Shown: positions 38,166 to 45,954 of the stretch, one piece after another
How the letters are laid out: each line of letters begins with the position of its first letter
Numbering within the stretch: the first letter of the stretch is position 1
Assembly (NCBI GenBank): GCA_035553315.1
Contig: DATNDE010000019.1
Location: 316-64,315, forward strand
Direction of reading: 5' to 3'
Source: Steroidobacteraceae bacterium
Lineage (GTDB): Bacteria > Pseudomonadota > Gammaproteobacteria > Steroidobacterales > Steroidobacteraceae
DNA: 64,000 nt
Program-made: the position numbers and the translations under genes
The notes under the pieces: model-generated
Database searches by the model: none
Told to the model about the DNA's origin: nothing
Seen by the model: only the letters and a program-made list of their open reading frames with translations

Positions 38166-38783
38166 ATGATGGAAGCGGAGCAAGTCAGAGAACTGCTGCT
38201 GCAGTCGCTCGAGCACGAACGCGGCAGCGTCGATGTCTATCAGATCGCGATCAAATGCGCGCGGCGCGATGATTTGAAGGATGAATGGGAGCGGCGCATT
38301 TTCGATACGCGCGAGCGTGAGCTGCTGCTGACCGAAGTGTGCCGCAAGCTAGGCATCAACCCGGAGCATATGACCTGTGGCCGTGAGGTCAGCAAACATC
38401 TTGGTGCGGCGCTGAGCTCCGCAATGGAGCTGGCGCATGAATCGGGCCAGCTGAAGACCGCACAACTCATCGCCGCCGAGTGCGTCACACTCGCCGAGAC
38501 CACCACCCACTCCAATTGGCAGCTGCTCGCGCAATGTGCGCGCCACAGCGCCGAGGATGAAAAGGACGTGCTCGCTGCGGCGGTGGGTGCAGTCGAGGAT
38601 GAAGTGCATAAGCACTACTACCGCGCGCACGGCTGGCAGCGCGAGCTGCACCTGCAAGCCCTCGGCATCCAGGCCATCCTGCCCCCGCCGGAGGAGCGCG
38701 AGGAGGTCATGACCCCGCTCAGCGCCGCGCACGTTGAGCAGGGCCGTCAAAGCGACAGCCTGGGATCTCAGCGCAGCAGTTGA
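38166..38783 (+). CDS. Hypothetical helical protein, possibly ferritin-like / four-helix bundle
   Basis: 205 aa, all-helical in character, with E-x-x-H-like motifs (LEHERG, EDEVHKH). Preceded by the most AT-rich patch of this region. The ORF upstream of 38166 looks non-coding. Confidence 0.4.
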   Translation: MMEAEQVRELLLQSLEHERGSVDVYQIAIKCARRDDLKDEWERRIFDTRERELLLTEVCRKLGINPEHMTCGREVSKHLGAALSSAMELAHESGQLKTAQLIAAECVTLAETTTHSNWQLLAQCARHSAEDEKDVLAAAVGAVEDEVHKHYYRAHGWQRELHLQALGIQAILPPPEEREEVMTPLSAAHVEQGRQSDSLGSQRSS

Positions 38784-38786
38784 TCG

Positions 38787-40091
38787 CTAGCGAAGGGTGT
38801 ACAGATAGGCGGTGATATCCCGCGCCTGATCGTCGGACAGCCCGCTGTCGGGCATGGCATTACCGGGCAGAACACTCTGCGGACTGCGCAGCCACTCAAT
38901 CATGTTCTCAGGGGTGTTGCGCAGCAGGCCCGCGATGTAGATCCGTCTCGCCATCTGCGTCAAGGGCGGTCCGACGAGCCCGCTCGCATCATTGATACCG
39001 GGCACCACGTGACAGGCCCCGCAGCCCGCGGCGCGGATGAGATCCGCTCCGCGTTGTGGGTTGCCGATATCCGAGGCGGCCACCGGATCATTCGCCGCGT
39101 TTGCTGCAGCCTGGCTCGAGCCGCAGCCGGACAAGCTCAACAGCAACAGGCCACAGCCACAGATCAGCAACGCCATGGAAGCGGCCCGCCCGGCGATCGG
39201 CTTCGCAGGCGATGTACGGCCGTGCGCTGTGGTGGCGATGGTTGCGGCCATGGTCGCCCGCCGTGTGGCACGCGCGTGCCGTGCGGGGTGACGGCTTTCG
39301 TCGAATTGCAGCCAGCGCACAATGGCACCACCCGCGGCAATCAGATACACGATTCCGCCCGGCAGCCACATCAGCAGCCCCGCCAGCTGCTGATCCTCCA
39401 GCAGTGACCAGCCCCAGCGCGCCGTGCTGCTCGCGTAGTCCGGATACAGCGGGGTTGCCGCCAGTGTGATCACTGCGCCCGGCAGCGAGCTCACCACCGC
39501 CGTTGCGAGCACGAACAGCAGCGTCGCACCGTAACTGAGCCGACGCCGGCCGGACGGCTCGATGACGATGGTCCAAAACATTAGCGCGCTGGCCAGGAAA
39601 GTCACATGCTCGAATGTGTGGACGGTCTCGTCGTGCAACGCCCACTGGTAGGGACCGGGCAGGTGCCAGCCGATGAAGACACCGCAGAACAGTCCCCACA
39701 CCACGATCGGATGCATGAGCCCGTTGACGCCAGCGGTGATTCCCAGCGCGCGCCACGCGCAGCCGAGACGCTTGCGGCCCACGGGGCCAAAGGCCCACAG
39801 GAACGCGACCGCGGGCCGGCCCCATACCAGCAGCGGGGCCGCGACCATCAGCAGCAGCATGTGCTCGAACATGTGCGCCGAGAACAGCTGGTCTGCCAGC
39901 TCATCCAGCGGGGACAACAGCGCCAGCACCAGCGTCAGCTCGCCACCGAGATAGCACAGCAGCTGGCGCGGCCCATACAGCGGTGCAAGAGCGGGCAACT
40001 GCCGCAGTCGGGCAAACCCGATGAGGTACCACAGCGTGCTGACCGCAATCGGCACCAACACCGCGGGCTCGGCGCTCCAGTGCAAAGCCAT
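38787..40091 (-). CDS. Caa3-type cytochrome oxidase assembly factor CtaG fused to a C-terminal mono-haem cytochrome c domain
   Basis: Polytopic N-terminal part with FSAHMFEHMLLLMVAAPLLV (Caa3_CtaG signature). This is followed by a basic linker, a lipobox-like LLLLSLSGC, then CGACH...GNAMP. ATG 40091 overlaps the upstream stop (ATGA). Confidence 0.7.
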   Translation of the reverse strand: MALHWSAEPAVLVPIAVSTLWYLIGFARLRQLPALAPLYGPRQLLCYLGGELTLVLALLSPLDELADQLFSAHMFEHMLLLMVAAPLLVWGRPAVAFLWAFGPVGRKRLGCAWRALGITAGVNGLMHPIVVWGLFCGVFIGWHLPGPYQWALHDETVHTFEHVTFLASALMFWTIVIEPSGRRRLSYGATLLFVLATAVVSSLPGAVITLAATPLYPDYASSTARWGWSLLEDQQLAGLLMWLPGGIVYLIAAGGAIVRWLQFDESRHPARHARATRRATMAATIATTAHGRTSPAKPIAGRAASMALLICGCGLLLLSLSGCGSSQAAANAANDPVAASDIGNPQRGADLIRAAGCGACHVVPGINDASGLVGPPLTQMARRIYIAGLLRNTPENMIEWLRSPQSVLPGNAMPDSGLSDDQARDITAYLYTLR

Positions 40092-40540
40092 CAGTACACG
40101 CACAGGCGCACCAGCCCCATGGCGATAGTCTCGGTAGAGCAGATCAGAAAGAACATCGCACCGAAGGCCATGCCGATGATGCCCAGGAAGCGAGTGCGGC
40201 CTTCGCCCTTCTCCATGAGCTGATGGGCATGCCCTTCCTCGGGGCCGGTCAAGCGCCACATCCGATATGAGAGCAACGACGCGCTGATGCTCAGAACGAT
40301 TCCCGCCAGATGGATCGCGAGCACCCCGGCCCAGACCCAGCCGAAGCCCGCCATCGGCGAAGCCAGCGGCTCCATGCCGGGATAGCAGGCATGCCCCACC
40401 AGGGAATAATCGGTCATCAGGTCCAGCCCGGCGGCGATCGGCGCGCCGAACACACTCGTCAACCAAAGCGCGGTGCTGATCCGATGGCGGTACGGCGCCG
40501 GATGATGTGCCAGGCTATAGGCAACGAATTCCTCCGCCAT
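40091..40540 (-). CDS. Unknown integral membrane protein of the oxidase operon
   Basis: 149 aa with about 4 predicted TM segments and a His-rich N-terminus (SLAHHPAPYRH). Both ends are ATGA-coupled to neighbouring genes. Confidence 0.55.
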   Translation of the reverse strand: MAEEFVAYSLAHHPAPYRHRISTALWLTSVFGAPIAAGLDLMTDYSLVGHACYPGMEPLASPMAGFGWVWAGVLAIHLAGIVLSISASLLSYRMWRLTGPEEGHAHQLMEKGEGRTRFLGIIGMAFGAMFFLICSTETIAMGLVRLCVY

Positions 40541-41166
40541 CAGTGCACCTGGTAGGGTTTCCAGCCGAAATAGGGGGTGACATCGAGCGTGAAGAGCACG
40601 ATCAGCCAGACGATCGTGACGAAATACCAATAGATCTTCGCCACCTTCACCGGCGTGTGCCGCACCGGGCCGAAGTAACCGAGCCCCGACCACAGCAGCA
40701 CCACGGCAAACATGATGACGCCCACCACGACGTGCGCGAGGTGAAAGCCGGTGATGAGGTAATAGAAGGAGCTGTAGGGGTCGGTCGCAAAGCCGGTCGG
40801 CTGGTGGTACCAGTCCAGGCCCTGCAGGGCGACGAATCCAAGCGAGAGCAGCAGGCTTACCGCCAAGCCCGACAGCAGCCCGGCGCGATCGCCGCGCGCG
40901 ACCGCGCGGTTGGCCCACCACACGCTCAGGCTACCGGCGAAGGCGACCGCCGTCTCCCAGCCCGGATAGAACCAGCTCGGAGGGCCGTCCGGCGGCCAGG
41001 GCCCGTAGTGCGGCTGGCTAGAGAAGTAGAAATACCCAAAGGCCAGGTAGGCGAAGATCATCGATTCCGAGATGACCAAAAACACCACGCCCCAAGTGCC
41101 TGACGCCATGCGTCCAATGCTGCCCATGGGCAGCGGCGGCTGAACCGGAAAGGCTTCAGAGGACAT
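40540..41166 (-). CDS. Cytochrome c oxidase subunit III
   Basis: YYLITGFHLAHVVVGVIMF and WYFVTIVWLIVLF are COX3 motifs. Start is ATG 41166 (11-nt overlap with subunit I) or ATG 41127. Confidence 0.8.
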   Translation of the reverse strand: MSSEAFPVQPPLPMGSIGRMASGTWGVVFLVISESMIFAYLAFGYFYFSSQPHYGPWPPDGPPSWFYPGWETAVAFAGSLSVWWANRAVARGDRAGLLSGLAVSLLLSLGFVALQGLDWYHQPTGFATDPYSSFYYLITGFHLAHVVVGVIMFAVVLLWSGLGYFGPVRHTPVKVAKIYWYFVTIVWLIVLFTLDVTPYFGWKPYQVH

Positions 41167-43105
41167 CGGCCGGCACCTCGCGTTGGCCAGCCTCGGCGAG
41201 TGGCCAGAGCCAGACGACCGAGAGGATGACGGTGAGCAGCGCCCCGGCACCGGCGCACCACCACGATCGGCTCACCAATCCCGCAAACAGCACCGACAGC
41301 GCGCAGGTGGTGAGCAGCGGCATGTACGATTCGCTCGGCATCTTCAGAATGACTTCGGGCTCGCCATCCATCGCCGTGACGCCGAAGGTCTCATGATGGT
41401 GATCCAGCACCGCACCTCTCTCGAGCACGCTCTCGCCATCGCCTTCCTTCAGCCGTTTCTCCCACAGCGGATGACGGCTTGCCACGGAAGGAATGACCGG
41501 AAAGTTGTAGGGCGGAGGCGGTGAGGTCGTGGCCCACTCGAGTGAGTGTGCATCCCAGGGATTGCGCCCGGCACGCACGCCGTAGCGCTTGCTGTAGAAG
41601 ACGTTGATGAAGAACAGCAGGATGCCGACCGTCAGCACGAAGGCGCCGACCGTACTGATCAGGTTGGGGATGTGCCAGCCGATGCCCGCCGGGTAGGTAT
41701 AGACCCGCCTCGGCATCCCGGCGAGACCCGTGATGTGCATGGTGAAGAAGGCCACATTGAAGCCGATGAACATCGTCCAGAAGTTCCACTTGCCGAGCTT
41801 CTCGTTGAGCATTCGACCCGTCATCTTGGGGAACCAGTAGTACATACCGGCCATGACCGCGAACAGGTTCCAGCCGATGAGCACGTAGTGAATGTGCGCC
41901 ACGACCCAGTAGGTGTCGGTGAGCTGCCAATCCACCGGCGCAGCGCCGCTCATGAAGCCGGACACACCCCCGATGACGAATACGAACATGTAGCCGGCGA
42001 GGAAATGAAAGGCGGTGGTGAAAACTGGCCGGCCCGTGTAGATGGTGGCCAGCCAGCAGAACAGCTGCACCCCGCTCGGCAACGTGATCAGGATGGAAGT
42101 CGCGGCGAAGAAGGCCATGCCGAGCGAGGGCAGTCCGGTGGCAAACATGTGGTGCAGCCAAACACCGAAGCCGATCATCATGGTGAGAATGGTCGACAGC
42201 ACGACCGCCGTGTAGCCCACCAGCGGCCGCCGGCAGAAGGTCGGCAGCAGGTCCGAGACGATGCCCATCGCCGGCAGCACGATCATGTAGACCCAGGGAT
42301 GTGCAAACATCCAGAACAGGTGTTGCCACAGCAACGGCTGCCCGCCATTGCTCGCGTTGAAGAAATGCGCGCCAAAGTTGCGGTCGAGCCAGAGCATGAT
42401 GCAGGCGACGCTGACCACCGGCACGGCAAACAGCCCCGCGGCATTCGCGCTGAGCGTGCCCCAGATGAGCACCGGAAAGCGATTGACCGACATGCCGGGA
42501 CAGCGCGTGCGCAGCGTCGTGACCAGGAAGTTGACGCCGCCCGCGGTCAGCGACAGCCCGAAGAACACCAGCGAGAGCGTATAGAAGTCGATGTTGGGTC
42601 CCGGATTGAACTGCCGCGAGGCCAGCGGCGTGTAGTTGAACCAGCCGTCGTTCGGGGGCGCCCCCACCAGCCAACTGCTGTACAGGAACAGTCCCGAGGC
42701 GAGGAACAGCCAGTAGGAAAAGGCGTTGAGGCGCGGGAACGCCATGTCGCGCGAGCCGAGCAGCAGCGGCCAGAGATAGTTGCCGAAGCCGGACAGGATC
42801 GGAAAGGCATACCAGAAGATCATGGTATTGCCGTGCATGCTGAAGATCTCGTTGTACTGCTGCGCCGTCAGCAGATGCCCATTGGGACCGGCGAGCTGCA
42901 GCCGCATGAACAGCGCCTCGATCCCGCCGAGCACCAGGAAACCGAAGGCGGTCACCAGGTACATGACCCCGATCTCTTTGTGATCCACCGTGGTGAGCCA
43001 GCGCCGGATGCCGGGCTTGGATTTCCACATCTGCTCGAGCTTGTGCTCGAGCTGCGGGTTCGGTGACTGGATCTCCGGAATGCGTTCGAATGGGGTGGCA
43101 CTCAT
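41156..43105 (-). CDS. Haem-copper oxidase subunit I (atypical)
   Basis: 649 aa with all six metal-ligand His contexts recognisable: FSMHGNTMIFW, FAHPWVY, WLHHMF, AHIHYVL. Confidence 0.9.
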   Translation of the reverse strand: MSATPFERIPEIQSPNPQLEHKLEQMWKSKPGIRRWLTTVDHKEIGVMYLVTAFGFLVLGGIEALFMRLQLAGPNGHLLTAQQYNEIFSMHGNTMIFWYAFPILSGFGNYLWPLLLGSRDMAFPRLNAFSYWLFLASGLFLYSSWLVGAPPNDGWFNYTPLASRQFNPGPNIDFYTLSLVFFGLSLTAGGVNFLVTTLRTRCPGMSVNRFPVLIWGTLSANAAGLFAVPVVSVACIMLWLDRNFGAHFFNASNGGQPLLWQHLFWMFAHPWVYMIVLPAMGIVSDLLPTFCRRPLVGYTAVVLSTILTMMIGFGVWLHHMFATGLPSLGMAFFAATSILITLPSGVQLFCWLATIYTGRPVFTTAFHFLAGYMFVFVIGGVSGFMSGAAPVDWQLTDTYWVVAHIHYVLIGWNLFAVMAGMYYWFPKMTGRMLNEKLGKWNFWTMFIGFNVAFFTMHITGLAGMPRRVYTYPAGIGWHIPNLISTVGAFVLTVGILLFFINVFYSKRYGVRAGRNPWDAHSLEWATTSPPPPYNFPVIPSVASRHPLWEKRLKEGDGESVLERGAVLDHHHETFGVTAMDGEPEVILKMPSESYMPLLTTCALSVLFAGLVSRSWWCAGAGALLTVILSVVWLWPLAEAGQREVPADVL

Positions 43106-43114
43106 GGCGGGTGG

Positions 43115-44101
43115 CTACTCCAGGGTTTCCAGATAGCTCCGGATATCGGTGAGCTGGCTCCCGGAAAGAGCGACCGCCGGCATCAGATTGCCCGGTTTGA
43201 TGTGCTGCGGGTCGGCGATCCATCCGGACAGGTCCCCGGGCGTATTCGGCAGCGTGTCGGCGCCGATCGATGCGCGGCTCATCAGATGGGTGAGATCAGG
43301 ACCCAGTATCCCGTCGGCCGTAGTGCCGCGAACCCGGTGGCAGATGCCACAATGCACCTGGAAATCCTGCTGGCCCTGAGCGGCCAGCGCCGAGTCTGGC
43401 GGCGCCGCTGGCTGCAGCTGCTGTGCCTTCCAGGCGGCAAACTGCGCGGGTTCCTGCGCCACTACGGCAAAGGCCATGTGCGCGTGTTGCAGGCCGCAGT
43501 ACTCACCGCACTGTCCGCGATAGGTTCCGGGCCGGTCGGCCTCCAGCCAGGTGACGTTCTCGTAACCCGGAATCACGTCGGTCTTGCCGGTGAGCTGTGG
43601 CACCCAGAAGGAATGGATGACGTCGTCGCTGTGCAGCTTGAAATACACCCGCACACCGGTGGGTATGTGAATCTCATTGGCCGTGACGAACTGCTGCGCC
43701 GGGGAGCTGCTCTCGTAGCGCACCTCCCACCACCATTGATGAGCAATGATGTCGATCGTCATCGGGGGTGCAGGCTGCTGCGGACGGATGCTCACCGCAT
43801 CGAGCGTAAAAAATGTCCAGATCGCGGTTGCTAGCAGCAGCGCCGCGGAGATACCGGTGCCGATGTAGACCAGGCTGAGGCCCCGGCCGCCGCGCTCGAG
43901 CGGCACAAGGTTGATGGCGTCGGAGCGCAGATGCGCGTCGGTGGCGTCTCGGCGTTCACGTAACCGTCGCAGTATGCCGGCCAGCGTCAACACCGTGATC
44001 GCGGCGACGACGATGAGCGAGAGGATGATCAGTGCCCAGAGCAGATGGACGACGGGATAGCCCTTGGTGCCAAACGCGACGGTGTAGTTCAGCGGTCCCA
44101 T
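43115..44101 (-). CDS. Cytochrome c oxidase subunit II with fused C-terminal cytochrome c (caa3 architecture)
   Basis: Two N-terminal TM helices, a CuA site (HSFWVP...CGEYCGLQHAHM), and a C-terminal CGICH...NLMP haem c domain. Confidence 0.9.
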   Translation of the reverse strand: MGPLNYTVAFGTKGYPVVHLLWALIILSLIVVAAITVLTLAGILRRLRERRDATDAHLRSDAINLVPLERGGRGLSLVYIGTGISAALLLATAIWTFFTLDAVSIRPQQPAPPMTIDIIAHQWWWEVRYESSSPAQQFVTANEIHIPTGVRVYFKLHSDDVIHSFWVPQLTGKTDVIPGYENVTWLEADRPGTYRGQCGEYCGLQHAHMAFAVVAQEPAQFAAWKAQQLQPAAPPDSALAAQGQQDFQVHCGICHRVRGTTADGILGPDLTHLMSRASIGADTLPNTPGDLSGWIADPQHIKPGNLMPAVALSGSQLTDIRSYLETLE

Positions 44102-44104
44102 GCG

Positions 44105-44890
44105 CTATTTGGCCTGCTTTACGGCGGCCTCCGGCTTTTGACCGAAACTGAAGGGCTCCGTGTAGGCCCACGGGTTCGACGTCGTCTCGAATTCCGCCGG
44201 CACCTGCTCGCGCGTCATGGTTTTCAGAGAGATGGTCTGACCCCATTCGCTCTGTGGAGCGCGGCTGATCTGGCGCACGTAGGCCACGAGGTCCCACACG
44301 ACCGAATCCGGCAGCAGACCGCCCCACGCCGGCATGCCCTCCGGGCGGCCCTGCACGATCGTCAGATAGATGTTCGCCGGATCATCGCCATACTTGAAGA
44401 AGCGGTCACTCAGGGACGGCCCCATGCCACCGCCGCCATTGGAGGCGTGGCAGCCGACGCAATTGAAGGCATTGAAATAGCGCATGCCGCGCTCGGGCGC
44501 GGCCGGATCGTTGCCAACGGGGTTCGCGATCGGCGGGCGAGTCGGAATGCCTCCCGGGAAGAGGTTCGGCACCGGGGTTCGCAGCAGCGCCTCCGTGCCT
44601 CCGTACTGCTCGATCGGCAGGCGGCCCACTTCATCGGGGAGGCTGTGTACCGGAGGGCCCGGAATTTCCTCCTGCGCAAGCGCCGCGGGATTCGAAGTGG
44701 CGCCCGGGGCGTAGGGGTTGGCAAGTTGCGGCTTTCTGGGGACCGTGTTTTCCCCGGCCGGAGTTTGCGGCGCAGGGGTCGTCGGCTGAGGTCCGGGCTC
44801 CTGCGCGGCAGAGCTCCCGGCAACCAACAGCGTCACGAGGGCGGCCGCGAGGCCTGCCCGTCGTGTTGGACGATCAATCATTCGCGCCAT
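44105..44890 (-). CDS. Secreted mono-haem c-type cytochrome with a Pro-rich linker
   Basis: Signal peptide, a PQPTTPAPQTP linker, then CVGCH...GMPAW. AGGAGGA lies upstream. Start is ATG 44890 or GTG 44893. Confidence 0.8.
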   Translation of the reverse strand: MARMIDRPTRRAGLAAALVTLLVAGSSAAQEPGPQPTTPAPQTPAGENTVPRKPQLANPYAPGATSNPAALAQEEIPGPPVHSLPDEVGRLPIEQYGGTEALLRTPVPNLFPGGIPTRPPIANPVGNDPAAPERGMRYFNAFNCVGCHASNGGGGMGPSLSDRFFKYGDDPANIYLTIVQGRPEGMPAWGGLLPDSVVWDLVAYVRQISRAPQSEWGQTISLKTMTREQVPAEFETTSNPWAYTEPFSFGQKPEAAVKQAK

Positions 44891-44907
44891 CACTCCTCCT
44901 GCGGCGG

Positions 44908-45876
44908 TTAGGCGCCGGGGCGGCGCCTTCCACCGCCGACGATGCCGACCCCCGAGTGCGCCAGGTTCTCGCCGTTGAAGCTCACCGGATTGATCAGGGG
45001 CACCCCGAAGCGCTCCAGCACGCGCTCGATCTCGGGGCGGTTCTGCTCGATGACGGCGCTGAGTGCGCGTCGCAGCGCATCGTCCCCGTGTCGCACGCCC
45101 ATCGAGATCTGGAACTGCATGCTCTGCAGGCCGAAGTGATCCTTTCGTGTGCTGAAGGCATCACCGTCCGTGATGAGCGCGACGCGCAGCGGCACCGGTG
45201 ACTGCTGCGCCAGACGCCCCACGGCCGGTCCCCACACCGCCGCCACGTCGATCTGGCCGCGCGCCAACGCCTGAACGATCGCCGCTCTGGGGTTCTGTTG
45301 CGAACCTGTGCCGTTGGGCGCCGTGCCCGGCGCGCCGATATCAAAGGGAATGAGATGATCGGCGAGACCCGCTTCCATCAGCACGTGTGCCGGTGGCGTA
45401 AAAAGGCCGCGTCTGCCGATGGCCTCGACGCCGATGCGCAGCTTTTTCAGATGCGGATCCTTCAGCGAATCCATCTGCAGATGGCGATCCGCGCGCGTCA
45501 GCAGCACATAGCTCGACCAATAGTAGGGCACGGTCGTGTCCATGCCTGGTGTGGGCTTCGGCTCGGCGATCACCGCATCGCAGGCGCTCAGCGCGGGCTG
45601 CAGCGCGGCCAGATCGACATCGGGTCGCAGCCAGACGTATTGCAGCTGTCGTCCCAAGCGGCGCGCCACCAGCGCCGCGATCTGGTTCTCGAACCCCTCG
45701 CCACGGCGATCGGAGAACGGCATGTTGTTGCTCTCCGCGCACATCCGCAGCGGCGGCGCTGCCGCAGACCACCCCAGTGTAGGGACCCCCAGCGCAAGCG
45801 CCAGCCCGGCCAATAGCAAACTCCGGACCCGTCCTGATGGTGCATCGGCTGTTGCGAACTCGGACTTTCGCTGCAT
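44908..45876 (-). CDS. MoxJ/XoxJ-like quinoprotein-dehydrogenase-associated periplasmic binding protein
   Basis: Signal peptide, then LRMCAESNNMPFSDRRGEGFENQIA... typical of the MoxJ-type SBP-like family. It lies directly downstream of a PQQ dehydrogenase. Confidence 0.75.
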   Translation of the reverse strand: MQRKSEFATADAPSGRVRSLLLAGLALALGVPTLGWSAAAPPLRMCAESNNMPFSDRRGEGFENQIAALVARRLGRQLQYVWLRPDVDLAALQPALSACDAVIAEPKPTPGMDTTVPYYWSSYVLLTRADRHLQMDSLKDPHLKKLRIGVEAIGRRGLFTPPAHVLMEAGLADHLIPFDIGAPGTAPNGTGSQQNPRAAIVQALARGQIDVAAVWGPAVGRLAQQSPVPLRVALITDGDAFSTRKDHFGLQSMQFQISMGVRHGDDALRRALSAVIEQNRPEIERVLERFGVPLINPVSFNGENLAHSGVGIVGGGRRRPGA

Positions 45877-45930
45877 GGCCCTCTCCCCATGACGCCGGCA
45901 CCACGCACCACACGCGCCGCCGCGTCTTTC

Positions 45931-45954
45931 ATCTATCTATCTATCTACCTACGT
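45931..45954. repeat. Tetranucleotide microsatellite (ATCT)4 plus ACCT ACGT
   Basis: atctatctatctatctacctacgt. On the coding (minus) strand this reads TAGG(TAGA)4, and it contains the TAG stop of the PQQ dehydrogenase. Confidence 0.9.

Noticed and set aside
45588-45932. A 114-aa ORF starting at the ATG right after the (TAGA)n repeat.
   Set aside because: It is out of frame with, and entirely overlaps, the well-supported moxJ-like gene. Its translation is Arg/Gly-rich noise.
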